Shown: positions 20,522 to 29,327 of the stretch, in pieces | Numbering within the stretch: the stretch's first letter is position 1 | How the letters are laid out: each line of letters opens with the position of its first letter | NCBI GenBank assembly: GCA_964404825.1 | Contig: CAYOLQ010000010.1 | Coordinates: forward strand, 1-48,346 | DNA length: 48,346 bases | DNA from: an uncultured Chitinophaga sp. | Lineage (GTDB): Bacteria > Bacteroidota > Bacteroidia > Bacteroidales > GCA-2748055 | Reading direction: 5' to 3' | Position numbers and translations under genes: made by a program | The notes under the pieces: generated by a model | The model's database searches: none | Told to the model about the DNA's origin: nothing | Seen by the model: the letters and a program-made list of their open reading frames with translations, nothing else

Positions 20522-20673
20522 TGCCGCTGAAGCTTTGTGGCTTAGTCATCGGCAAGCCGATAGCAGCCAGAAAGATGTGCAAGCGGTAGGGGCCAGGGGT
20601 AGCGCTGCAGACTCTAACTAAACATACTGTGCGCGGATAGGGGCAGACTTGCTGACCACTAACTAAACGGCAT
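20522..20673 (+). ncRNA. Candidate structured non-coding RNA (~150 nt), family not identified
   Basis: GC-rich island in AT-rich intergenic DNA. Its ends pair (TGCCG 20522-26 / CGGCA 20668-72), it has internal hairpins (ATCGG-caag-CCGAT; TGCAAGCG/CGCTGCA) and duplicated TAGGGGC and CTAACTAAAC motifs. It has its own -7 box upstream, and gldA has a separate -7 box downstream. Confidence 0.65.
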
Positions 20674-20695
20674 TGATGGAGCGACTATTTTTAAT

Positions 20696-20703
20696 TATGT
20701 TTG
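20696..20703 (+). promoter_or_regulatory. -7 box (TATGTTTG) for gldA
   Basis: Exact TAnnTTTG match 15 nt upstream of ATG 20719. Confidence 0.55.
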
Positions 20704-20718
20704 CATAAATTTCCGGAG

Positions 20719-21630
20719 ATGTCAGTTAAGTTACAAAACGTCAGCAAATTTTATGGTATTCAGGCAGCCCTGAAGAGTATAAGTTTTGAGGTGGAGCGGG
20801 GCCAAATTGTTGGGTTTATCGGACCAAACGGTGCCGGGAAATCTACAACCATGAAAATTATTACCGGCATAATTCCTGCCAGCAGCGGAGACGTTTGGGT
20901 AAACGGAATTAAGGTTGAAGACGATTCCCTCGCAATCCGCCGACAGATGGGTTATCTTCCGGAAAGTAATCCATTGTATACCGAGATGTACGTTAGGGAA
21001 TACCTGAATTATGTAGCAGGACATTACCCCATCAAAGGCAACATAAAAGATCGGATTGAACAAATCATTTCCGAAACCGGTCTGAGCCCCGAAAGTCATA
21101 AAAAAATATCCGCCCTGTCGAAAGGATACCGGCAGAGAGTCGGTCTGGCCCAGGCGCTAATTCATGATCCCGAAATACTAATTCTGGATGAACCGACATC
21201 CGGCCTGGATCCCAATCAGATCGTGGAAATCCGAAGTCTGATTTCAGCTATTGGTAAACAGAAAACAGTTATCCTTTCCACTCACATCATGCAGGAAGTG
21301 GAGGCTATTTGCGACAGGGTGATAATCATAAAATCCGGAGAAATAGTTGCTGATGGAAAACCCGGAGAAATTGCTCTGAACGCGGGTATTGAAAAGCTTA
21401 CTCTTATTCTGGAGTTCGACCGCAAGCCTGATATCGCAAAGATGGAAGCTATTTCAGGTGTAATAAAACTTAAGTTTATTGATGAAACGAAAGTTCTTGT
21501 TGAAACCGATCCCCTGAAAGATTTGAGACCTGTATTATTTAATTTTGCAGTATCGGAAGGCCTTACAGTCTTGTCCATGCAAAAAAAAGAAATGAGTCTT
21601 GAAGAACTTTTCCATGAAGTTACAAAATAG
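20719..21630 (+). CDS. gldA: Gliding motility-associated ABC transporter ATP-binding subunit GldA
   Basis: Walker A 'GPNGAGKSTTMK', 'GYLPESNPLY.EMYVREYL', signature 'LSKGYRQRVGLAQALIHDP', 'DEPTSGLDPNQIVEIR', 'STHIMQEVEAICDRV'. ATG 20719 is preferred. Confidence 0.85.
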   Translation: MSVKLQNVSKFYGIQAALKSISFEVERGQIVGFIGPNGAGKSTTMKIITGIIPASSGDVWVNGIKVEDDSLAIRRQMGYLPESNPLYTEMYVREYLNYVAGHYPIKGNIKDRIEQIISETGLSPESHKKISALSKGYRQRVGLAQALIHDPEILILDEPTSGLDPNQIVEIRSLISAIGKQKTVILSTHIMQEVEAICDRVIIIKSGEIVADGKPGEIALNAGIEKLTLILEFDRKPDIAKMEAISGVIKLKFIDETKVLVETDPLKDLRPVLFNFAVSEGLTVLSMQKKEMSLEELFHEVTK

Positions 21631-21794
21631 TGATTCTGCCTGTGGGAGTAAGGGTGTTGAAAAGTAATACTGTCACTGTCCCCGAAATTCGTGATATTTG
21701 CCTTAACAAACGCATCTGATACTGTTGCGAATGTTCCTGTTTTATTCAGGATTTTTGAGAATAGACTAAGTAACTGCTTAAAAGTAATCGATCG

Positions 21795-24560
21795 ATGAGT
21801 GGGTTAAGAAAGTTTTCTGCGGCGGTTTTGTGGGTCATATTAATTATGGCAATTGTTTTGGGTTTTTTATGGTTTTCAGGGCGAAATATGGGAAGTGTTG
21901 ATTCCCTGTCTATTCTGCCGGGGAATTCGGCCATAATTTTTGAGTGTTCTGATTTTCCGAAACTGGTTGCAGAATTGCATTCCGGCAATAAGATGTGGAA
22001 TGAAATATCCGCTTCAGGGTTATTAGACGATTCGGCTATCGGGTTCACAAAACTTGATAGTATCCTGAAAAAAAACACTCAGATTCGCGGGTTTTTCAGT
22101 AAAAAGTTTACCATTTCTGTATCTCTCAAGACAAATAAAACTCCCGGATTGTTATTTTGTTTACCGGTGTCGGCACGAAATCAGGAAAAGCTTTTTCTTA
22201 ATTCCTTATCAAAGCATCTCGGTGAATTTAATTATACCCGGCGACGATTTGAAAGCAGGGGCATTTATGATTTGAGTTGGAAAGATTCAACAGGGATTCG
22301 GAATTTCAGCTTTACCGAAATCGGCGGCGCACTGGTGGGTTCATTCGCTGCAGAACTGGTTGAGGAGACTATTCTCCAATATGATCCGGATAAAAATTTA
22401 ACAACATCAGGCGAATTTAATTCCATTGCAAAAACAATTGGGAATAATGTGCCGGTTCATATTTTTGTGAATTATAAAAACACGGCCGGAATTATTAGCT
22501 ACTTCCTGAATTCATCCCTGACAAAGGCTCGCGGAGCCGGTTCATTATTTGCCTCTTATGCTGCTCTTGATGCAGAAATATCTGAAGATAAAATTATTAT
22601 TAACGGGTTTGCAAGTATTAGCGATAGCATTAACCAGGAACTTAAAATTTTAATAAATCAACAGCCGGTTGAGTTTAATTGTCCTGATTTTCTCCCGGAT
22701 GCTGTCAGCTATTTCCAGGCATTTGGGTTCTCCGATAATGACTTGTTTTTTAAACACTTATCGGGATTTATGCAGAAAGATCCTTTTTCTGCAGAACTAA
22801 TAAAAAAGAAGAAGGAGCTTATATCTGCCTATGGTATCGATCTTGATAAGGGCTTTTCGGAGATGGTTGGAAATGAATTTGGATTTGCAGGAATGCAAAC
22901 CGGGCGAACTTCATCACCTTTTTTCTTCATGGAAATCCGCAGTCAGAGTCTGGCTGAACAACAGTTTCTCGAATGGCTTGGTTCCTGGGCTCAAAAAAAT
23001 GGTAAAAGATCCGATGAATTAATGCTGGATCATAAAATTGACAATAACAATAAAATCAGGGTTTATAAACTTCCCGTTGGAGGAATTCCGGCACTTGTTT
23101 TTGGCTCCGGATTTGACTCTCCCGGAAATGATTACTTTACATTTATTAATAATTATCTGGTTTTTGCAAATTCTTACAGCTCAATCAAAGAATTCATTTA
23201 TCAGGTTATACTAGGCAATACACTGTCATCAGGGCCTTCCTATTCTTCACTTGGGGAGAATATTTCAAGTCGTTCAAATTATTATTTTTTCGCCAAACCG
23301 GCAGCGATTGCAGAGAGCGGGGAAGGGATTTTCAGTGAAAAAACCAATCAGTTTCTGCAGGAGTTCAAAAAGGGTATTTCAAAATTTAATGCCGTAAGTA
23401 TGCAATTTTCTGCGGCTGATGAAATGTTTTATAATCATTTTCTCATCAGTTATTCCGGGGTCAGCAGCGGGAGTGTAAATACTGTGTGGACCAGCAGACT
23501 TGATACAAGTATTGTTGTTAAGCCGGCAATTGTCTTAAACCATCTGACGGGAGAGAAGGAGATTTTTATTCAGGACCAGAAGAATCAGGTATATCTGCTT
23601 AGCAATGCAGGAATTATCTTATGGAAACAGCTCCTCGACAGTCCGGTAAATTCAGAAATTTTTCAGGTTGATTATTTTAAAAATGGCAAACTTCAGTATC
23701 TGTTCAGCACCCGGAATAAAATATACATGATCGATCGGAACGGTAATCCGGTGGAGAAATACCCGGTTGATCTGCGCTCTCCGGCCACCGCAGGTATTTC
23801 TGTTTTTGATTACGACAGGGACGGAAGTATTCGTATTTGTATACCAGGGGAAGACCGTAAAATATATATGTATGATAAGGAAGGTAAAATAATTCCCGGA
23901 TGGCAGGCTGAAAAGACTGATAATATTGTTTCTCAGGCCATTCAGCATTTCAGGATTGGGAGTAAAGATTATGTTGTTGCTATTGACAAATACAAGTTTT
24001 ACATTCTTGATCGAAGGGGAAGCAACAGAGTAGCCGTTAAGCAATATTTTCAGGTATCAGCGAAGAATGGATTCTATCTGGATATCAGCAGGGGAGAAGG
24101 ACTCGCCCGGTTGGTAACAACCGATACTTCAGGAAGTATTCATCGTGTATATTTTTCGGGAAAGGTGGAAAAAATACTTGACAGGAAAGAGAACCCGGAT
24201 CATTTTTTTGTATTTACCGATCTTGACGGCGACCAGAAAGGAGAGTTTATTACTGCATCAGGAAGCACCCTAAAAGTGCTGGATCCGGCCCTTGAAGAAA
24301 GTTTCAGCCTGGAATTCAACGATTCAATTTCTTTCCGTCCCGTGGTTTACAGGTTTTCGGCCACGAATAATAAAATTGGAATTGTTCTAAGGAATCAGGG
24401 AAATATATATCTTTATAATAATAATGGAACTTTATACAATGGATTTCCATTGGATGGAGCCTCACCATTCAGCATAAGCAGTTTTCCAGAACTGGGTGGG
24501 AGATTTAACATGATTGTAGGATCAAAAAATAACTTTTTGCATAATTATTCCGTACAATGA
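21795..24560 (+). CDS. Membrane-anchored large hypothetical protein (DUF3352-like N-terminal part, predicted C-terminal beta-propeller)
   Basis: N-terminal TM, and C-terminal repeats such as 'QVDYFKNGKLQYLF', 'IDRNGNPVEKYPV', 'FDYDRDG', 'DLDGDQKGE' and 'GFPL'. Confidence 0.7.
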   Translation: MSGLRKFSAAVLWVILIMAIVLGFLWFSGRNMGSVDSLSILPGNSAIIFECSDFPKLVAELHSGNKMWNEISASGLLDDSAIGFTKLDSILKKNTQIRGFFSKKFTISVSLKTNKTPGLLFCLPVSARNQEKLFLNSLSKHLGEFNYTRRRFESRGIYDLSWKDSTGIRNFSFTEIGGALVGSFAAELVEETILQYDPDKNLTTSGEFNSIAKTIGNNVPVHIFVNYKNTAGIISYFLNSSLTKARGAGSLFASYAALDAEISEDKIIINGFASISDSINQELKILINQQPVEFNCPDFLPDAVSYFQAFGFSDNDLFFKHLSGFMQKDPFSAELIKKKKELISAYGIDLDKGFSEMVGNEFGFAGMQTGRTSSPFFFMEIRSQSLAEQQFLEWLGSWAQKNGKRSDELMLDHKIDNNNKIRVYKLPVGGIPALVFGSGFDSPGNDYFTFINNYLVFANSYSSIKEFIYQVILGNTLSSGPSYSSLGENISSRSNYYFFAKPAAIAESGEGIFSEKTNQFLQEFKKGISKFNAVSMQFSAADEMFYNHFLISYSGVSSGSVNTVWTSRLDTSIVVKPAIVLNHLTGEKEIFIQDQKNQVYLLSNAGIILWKQLLDSPVNSEIFQVDYFKNGKLQYLFSTRNKIYMIDRNGNPVEKYPVDLRSPATAGISVFDYDRDGSIRICIPGEDRKIYMYDKEGKIIPGWQAEKTDNIVSQAIQHFRIGSKDYVVAIDKYKFYILDRRGSNRVAVKQYFQVSAKNGFYLDISRGEGLARLVTTDTSGSIHRVYFSGKVEKILDRKENPDHFFVFTDLDGDQKGEFITASGSTLKVLDPALEESFSLEFNDSISFRPVVYRFSATNNKIGIVLRNQGNIYLYNNNGTLYNGFPLDGASPFSISSFPELGGRFNMIVGSKNNFLHNYSVQ

Positions 24561-26245
24561 TTCTGAAAAAAATTACCGATATGAAAGCACGCGAAAATCC
24601 GGGGAACCTCACTTTGGTGTTTGTCCTCTTTGCAATCTTGCTTGTTGCGAGTTCCTGTTTCGACAGCAATTATGATTTAAAAAACATTTCGGATGAGATT
24701 GAACTCACTCCGGGGATTTCTGTACCTCTTGCATTTGGATCCCTCACTCTCAATGATATCATAAATGAAATTGATTCCGGAGATTTTGTCAGGCAATTTG
24801 AAGACGATAGCCTGCTGTATATTCTTTATGAAGAGAACCTGATTTCGTATAACGCATCAGATGTTGTTTCGGTGCCGGACCAGAATTTTCTCCAGTTTTT
24901 TATTGATTCAGACGTTGCTTTTGCAACTCTTTTACCCGTGGGAGTTGGTGATACTGCATTTTTTGAGAAAGAGAAAAATGGCGAATTTGTATTTGCCAAT
25001 GGTGAAAAAATAGACAGTATGAAACTTCATTCCCTGAAGATGAATATAGAAGTAAACTCTTCATTTCATCATACCGGGATATTGATTATTTATTCGGATA
25101 ATATTATTGTTGATGGCATTCCCTTCCGTAAGTTAATTCAGATAAGCAGCACAACAGGTGATTTTTCCTATACACTGGATAGCACGTATACCAATGTTAA
25201 CCTTATTCTTGATAACACGGATCCCGATACAACCGTGCTCCCGCTGAAATTTGATTTATACCTGATTAATTCCGGAGCTCCTGTCCTCCCCGGCGAAAAA
25301 TGCGATATTTCCATGTCGTTTAATGATAATAAGTTTGCTTCTGTTTTCGGTTACCTCGGAGAATATGATCTGCTTGTCAACAGCGGACAAATTGACGTTT
25401 CTATTTTTAACGAAAGGGTACAGGGAGGGAATCTTTTCTTTGCAGATCCAAGACTTGCTCTCACTGTAAATAATTCATACGGAATTCCCGTGCAGATAGA
25501 GTTAACCAATACCAATGTATCATCCAGCATTAACGGATCAACAATTCCTGTTACTTTTACCGGTGTCAATCCTTTTGATATTGCAGCTCCGACAATCTCC
25601 CAGATCGGCGAATCAATTTATTCTGAAGTTCCCATTAATAAAGACAATTCCAATATTGTTGAGGCGATGGAGTCTTCACCTAATCACCTGAATTATACAG
25701 CAACCGCCAAAACTAATGCTTTGGGAATTGCAGGTCCGTATAATTTTATAACCGACAGCAGCACAATGGATCTCGGAGTGCAGATTGTTCTGCCGTTGTA
25801 TATTAAAGCAGAGGGTTTTGCTCTCGAAGATACAATCGACTTCGATTTCGAAAAAGAGCTTGGCGAAGACCTGGATATGGTTGAATACATGAGGCTTACG
25901 ATGGAAACAGATAATGGTCTTCCGGTAGAAACAAATTTACAGGTTTATTTTGCTAATGCTTCCTATGTCAAACTTGATTCAATGTTCAGGGATGATGATG
26001 TTCTTCTGGAACCGGCATCTGTCGGGCCAAACGGGAAAGTTTCTGAACCTGCAAATCTGATTAAAAGAGTTTCATACAATAAAGCGGATATTGAGAAACT
26101 TAAGGCTACAAAATATGCCTTTGTCAGGGCCTCCATTAACACTCCCGTAAGCGGTGATGGTTACTTTAGGTTTTATTCATATTACGGAATCGATTTTAAG
26201 CTTTCTGCCAAAGCAGATTTTCGAATTAATTCAAATGATTTTTAA
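24557..26245 (+). CDS. Hypothetical lipoprotein, beta-rich and acidic
   Basis: Lipobox 'LVASSC' followed by acidic 'FDSNYD'. ATGA overlap with the previous gene; an alternative start exists at 24581. Confidence 0.7.
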   Translation: MILKKITDMKARENPGNLTLVFVLFAILLVASSCFDSNYDLKNISDEIELTPGISVPLAFGSLTLNDIINEIDSGDFVRQFEDDSLLYILYEENLISYNASDVVSVPDQNFLQFFIDSDVAFATLLPVGVGDTAFFEKEKNGEFVFANGEKIDSMKLHSLKMNIEVNSSFHHTGILIIYSDNIIVDGIPFRKLIQISSTTGDFSYTLDSTYTNVNLILDNTDPDTTVLPLKFDLYLINSGAPVLPGEKCDISMSFNDNKFASVFGYLGEYDLLVNSGQIDVSIFNERVQGGNLFFADPRLALTVNNSYGIPVQIELTNTNVSSSINGSTIPVTFTGVNPFDIAAPTISQIGESIYSEVPINKDNSNIVEAMESSPNHLNYTATAKTNALGIAGPYNFITDSSTMDLGVQIVLPLYIKAEGFALEDTIDFDFEKELGEDLDMVEYMRLTMETDNGLPVETNLQVYFANASYVKLDSMFRDDDVLLEPASVGPNGKVSEPANLIKRVSYNKADIEKLKATKYAFVRASINTPVSGDGYFRFYSYYGIDFKLSAKADFRINSNDF

Positions 26246-26263
26246 GCTTTAATATCAGGGATC

Positions 26264-27697
26264 ATGCAAAGGACAAATCGAATACTTATCAGACTTACAG
26301 TTACCAGCGTGATGCTTTTAACTGTTCTACCCGGATTTTCCCAGCTTACAAACACACTCTATTTTATGAAGGGTGTTCCACAGGTTTACCAGGTAAACCC
26401 GGCTTTCCAGCCCGGCTGTAAATTTTTTATAGGATTTCCCGCATTGTCCCCGCTTCAGGCAAGTGTACAGAATGAACCTCTGGCATTGAAGGATGTGCTT
26501 TATTATAACGAAACGGAAGGAAAACTTATAAGTTTTCTTCATCCGTTGGGAGACAAAGAAGCTTTTCTGAATGTTCTGAATAAACGCAATTACGTTAATG
26601 CCGATGCCGGAATTCCCATTGCTTCAGTAGGTTTTGGTTCACCCTCAAGGGGCAGATTTGTTGCATTTGACATTACCCAGAGAACAATAAGCAATGTAAA
26701 TTACCCCAAGTCTTTAATGGAACTCCCGATTTATGGCCCCGACTCAGCTATGTTTTTTGATTTCAATGGGCTTGGTGTAAATGTAATGGAGTATACAGAG
26801 CTTGCAGTGAATGTTTCTCAGAAAATCGGAGATATGGTTACTGTTGGCTGGAGGGGAAAAATCCTGCTTGGACAGGCAAACCTTTCATCTACAAAATTTG
26901 ATGTAACCCTTGGTACCAGCGAAACAAGCTGGCCGGTGCATTCTAATATTGTTATGGATGCAACTTTACCATTTCTTGATGTTAAATATGATGCAGATGG
27001 AATGATTGATTTCGAAAACACAGACCTTATACCTGATTTGGAAAAAAAGATCCCACAACTGATTTTTAACCCAAAAAACGTTGGCCTTGCCATGGATATT
27101 GGTGTGGATGTAAGACCAATGGATTGGCTTCAGGTTTCTGCAAGTGTTGTAGATTTCGGCTCTATTCGCTGGAAAGACAAGGTTTATAATCTTACAAACG
27201 AAGCTGATTATGAGTTTAATGGTGTCGAGTTTAAGATGGGTGATGAAGATTTTCTTGAGGTACTTGCAGATTCATTAAGTGAAAGCTTTAAATTCAGTTC
27301 CACTAATGATCCTTACCGTACATGGCTTCCCACAAAAGTTTATCTTGGTGCAGCTGTTTATGTTCATCCTAAGATTAGTTTTGGGATTCTCTCCAGAACT
27401 CAATTTTATAAAAAAGATCTCCGTCAGCAGTTTACTGTGTCTGCAAACCTCTATCCGATAAGAATGATAAGTACTACACTGAGCTATTCAGTAATTGAAG
27501 GTTCGTATAAAAATCTTGGATTGGGACTAGCCCTGAAAGCTTTTCCATTTAATTTTTACCTAATCACCGATACAGGCCCTTCCGTGTATTTCTGGCCAAC
27601 AGAAGCCAAATATATGAACCTTCAGGTTGGAATGAATTTAATGTTTGGCTGCAAACAAAAGAAAGCACCCAAATACGATCTACCCCTGGTTAATTAG
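26264..27697 (+). CDS. Outer-membrane beta-barrel protein, DUF5723-like
   Basis: Signal peptide, 'NTLYFM..VPQ....NPAFQP', 'GLAMDIG', 'SASVVDFGSIRW', 'LPTKVYLG', 'GMNLMFG'. Confidence 0.75.
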   Translation: MQRTNRILIRLTVTSVMLLTVLPGFSQLTNTLYFMKGVPQVYQVNPAFQPGCKFFIGFPALSPLQASVQNEPLALKDVLYYNETEGKLISFLHPLGDKEAFLNVLNKRNYVNADAGIPIASVGFGSPSRGRFVAFDITQRTISNVNYPKSLMELPIYGPDSAMFFDFNGLGVNVMEYTELAVNVSQKIGDMVTVGWRGKILLGQANLSSTKFDVTLGTSETSWPVHSNIVMDATLPFLDVKYDADGMIDFENTDLIPDLEKKIPQLIFNPKNVGLAMDIGVDVRPMDWLQVSASVVDFGSIRWKDKVYNLTNEADYEFNGVEFKMGDEDFLEVLADSLSESFKFSSTNDPYRTWLPTKVYLGAAVYVHPKISFGILSRTQFYKKDLRQQFTVSANLYPIRMISTTLSYSVIEGSYKNLGLGLALKAFPFNFYLITDTGPSVYFWPTEAKYMNLQVGMNLMFGCKQKKAPKYDLPLVN

Positions 27698-27732
27698 CTT
27701 ATAGATTTGGGTGTTAAAAAACTTTAAGAAAG

Positions 27733-27762
27733 TTTGTGAATAAGGCTAAATGCTTACCTTTG
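27733..27762 (+). promoter_or_regulatory. Bacteroidota promoter: -33 TTTG (27733-36) and -7 TACCTTTG (27755-62)
   Basis: Both boxes are present with an 18-nt spacer, ahead of GTG 27788. Confidence 0.55.
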
Positions 27763-27787
27763 GGAATTATTTTTTAAAGCATCTGGC

Positions 27788-28012
27788 GTGATTAAATTTC
27801 TTGTTATATTCATTTTGGTAATTCTGGCCATCCGGCTTGTAAACAGGTTGTTGTTTTCTCCTTATATATACACTCAGCCCAGACCCGGAAAAGAAACCAC
27901 CCACCAGACTCGCAAGGAAGGAAGCGTTACCCTCGAAAAGAATGCCAGGTCTGATGATAAACGCATCAAACAAGATGAAGGAGAATATGTGGATTACGAA
28001 GAGGTGAAATAG
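27788..28012 (+). CDS. Small membrane protein, DUF4834-like
   Basis: N-terminal TM and C-terminal 'EGEYVDYEEVK'. Confidence 0.8.
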   Translation: MIKFLVIFILVILAIRLVNRLLFSPYIYTQPRPGKETTHQTRKEGSVTLEKNARSDDKRIKQDEGEYVDYEEVK

Positions 28013-28032
28013 ATTTTACTCTTTCACACTTT

Positions 28033-28659
28033 TTAGCAACCTCCCTGCACTTTTTTTCTGGTATCTTTTTTAATAATTGGTTTAGCAGGCACTTTAATAT
28101 CCGATCCGCCTGCAGCAGGACTCTGAACCACTCCTCCGCCTAAAGCCATAGATGCACCTTTACGAAAATCATACTTTGCCAGCTCTTCATCAGGATTCGT
28201 TGATCCGGGAGCCGTTGGGTTCATTATGGTTTCAGCCCAGTAATTCAACCCTCCCTGTAAAATATAATTATTTTTGTAACCAAGCTGTGTTGTAATCATC
28301 CATGCCTCATTTGCGTGGAGAGTACCATTTGAATAAAATACATTCATTTTGATATCCTGATCAAGAATTTCTCTGAATTCATCTGAAAGCAGGTCTGTTA
28401 AAGGGATATTAATTGCTCCGGGCAGACTGTATTTCATAAATTCGTCCGGGGTTCTGACATCTATAAGCTGAAGATTGGGATCTTTTTGAACGAGCATGTC
28501 GGCTACTCCATCAGGACTTAAAAATTGTGAACTGCGTGTGGCCTCCTCGAGCATCTGTGATGCACTCAGTTTATAGGGATGGGTTTTGTTTTGTGGAACT
28601 GCGGCGATTATCATTCCAAGCGGGATAATAAATAATGCCAGTAAAATTCGTGAATTCAT
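28033..28659 (-). CDS. Exported or membrane-anchored rhodanese-like protein with C-terminal GGC
   Basis: Hydrophobic N-terminus, 'LIDVRTPDEF...SLPGAINIP', 'LQGGLNYW'. The active-loop position reads YSNG, and the protein ends 'KKVQGGC'. Confidence 0.85.
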   Translation of the reverse strand: MNSRILLALFIIPLGMIIAAVPQNKTHPYKLSASQMLEEATRSSQFLSPDGVADMLVQKDPNLQLIDVRTPDEFMKYSLPGAINIPLTDLLSDEFREILDQDIKMNVFYSNGTLHANEAWMITTQLGYKNNYILQGGLNYWAETIMNPTAPGSTNPDEELAKYDFRKGASMALGGGVVQSPAAGGSDIKVPAKPIIKKDTRKKVQGGC

Positions 28660-28718
28660 GTTTTTTAAATTTTAAAACAGTTTGTATCCGTGAGGAAATA
28701 ATGATATTCGAATTCCGT

Positions 28719-29309
28719 CTAATATTCCGGCTGTGGAAATCTCTTCTCTGCCCATTCTGCTGCCCAGAACATTCCCAGGGCAACCAGGATCACACCAAAT
28801 GCAAAAACACCGTCAGAAAGCCCTACTGCTTCGCTAATTTTTGGGTATCCCAGAAATTTGGCTTTGAAAAACTCTTCCCACAAAGGATAACCTTCTGCAA
28901 ATATAAGTACACCCAGAAATAAACCTCCGATAAAAACAAAGGCATCAATTTTACCAATAGAGGCTCCGCAGAAACTTGTTCCGGGGCAATATCCTCCCAT
29001 AATAAAACCGGCTCCCATTATCACTCCTCCACCTATTGCAGAATACAAATATGTAGGATTTACATAAACCAGGTCAAGGTCGATCCATCCAAAAAGACTA
29101 AAAAACAGCAAGCCAAGCATAGCCGTAATTGCAGCCGTAAAAAATACTTTGAGAACAACGGCATCGTATCCGTAGAATACACCGGCAAGCTTACGACTGG
29201 AAGAAAAACCGCTGCTTTCAAGCACAAAACCAAAGCCGATTCCAATAACAAATGCTAATAGTAAATTGGTATCTGCTGAAATATGTTCGTATGTTACTAA
29301 TGGTCCCAT
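28719..29309 (-). CDS. YeeE/YedE thiosulfate/sulfur transporter family protein
   Basis: 'GIGFGFVLESSGF', 'VLKVFFTAA', 'GGVIMGAGF..GGYCPGT'. Confidence 0.88.
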   Translation of the reverse strand: MGPLVTYEHISADTNLLLAFVIGIGFGFVLESSGFSSSRKLAGVFYGYDAVVLKVFFTAAITAMLGLLFFSLFGWIDLDLVYVNPTYLYSAIGGGVIMGAGFIMGGYCPGTSFCGASIGKIDAFVFIGGLFLGVLIFAEGYPLWEEFFKAKFLGYPKISEAVGLSDGVFAFGVILVALGMFWAAEWAEKRFPQPEY

Positions 29310-29327
29310 ATAAAAAATAATTAAATG

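Noticed and set aside
20522-20673. tRNA, tmRNA, RNase P or a named riboswitch as the identity of the structured segment
   Set aside because: I see no cloverleaf or T-loop, it is too short for tmRNA or RNase P, and I could not match the conserved cores of TPP, cobalamin, SAM, FMN, glycine, fluoride or Moco riboswitches by eye. It is left unassigned.
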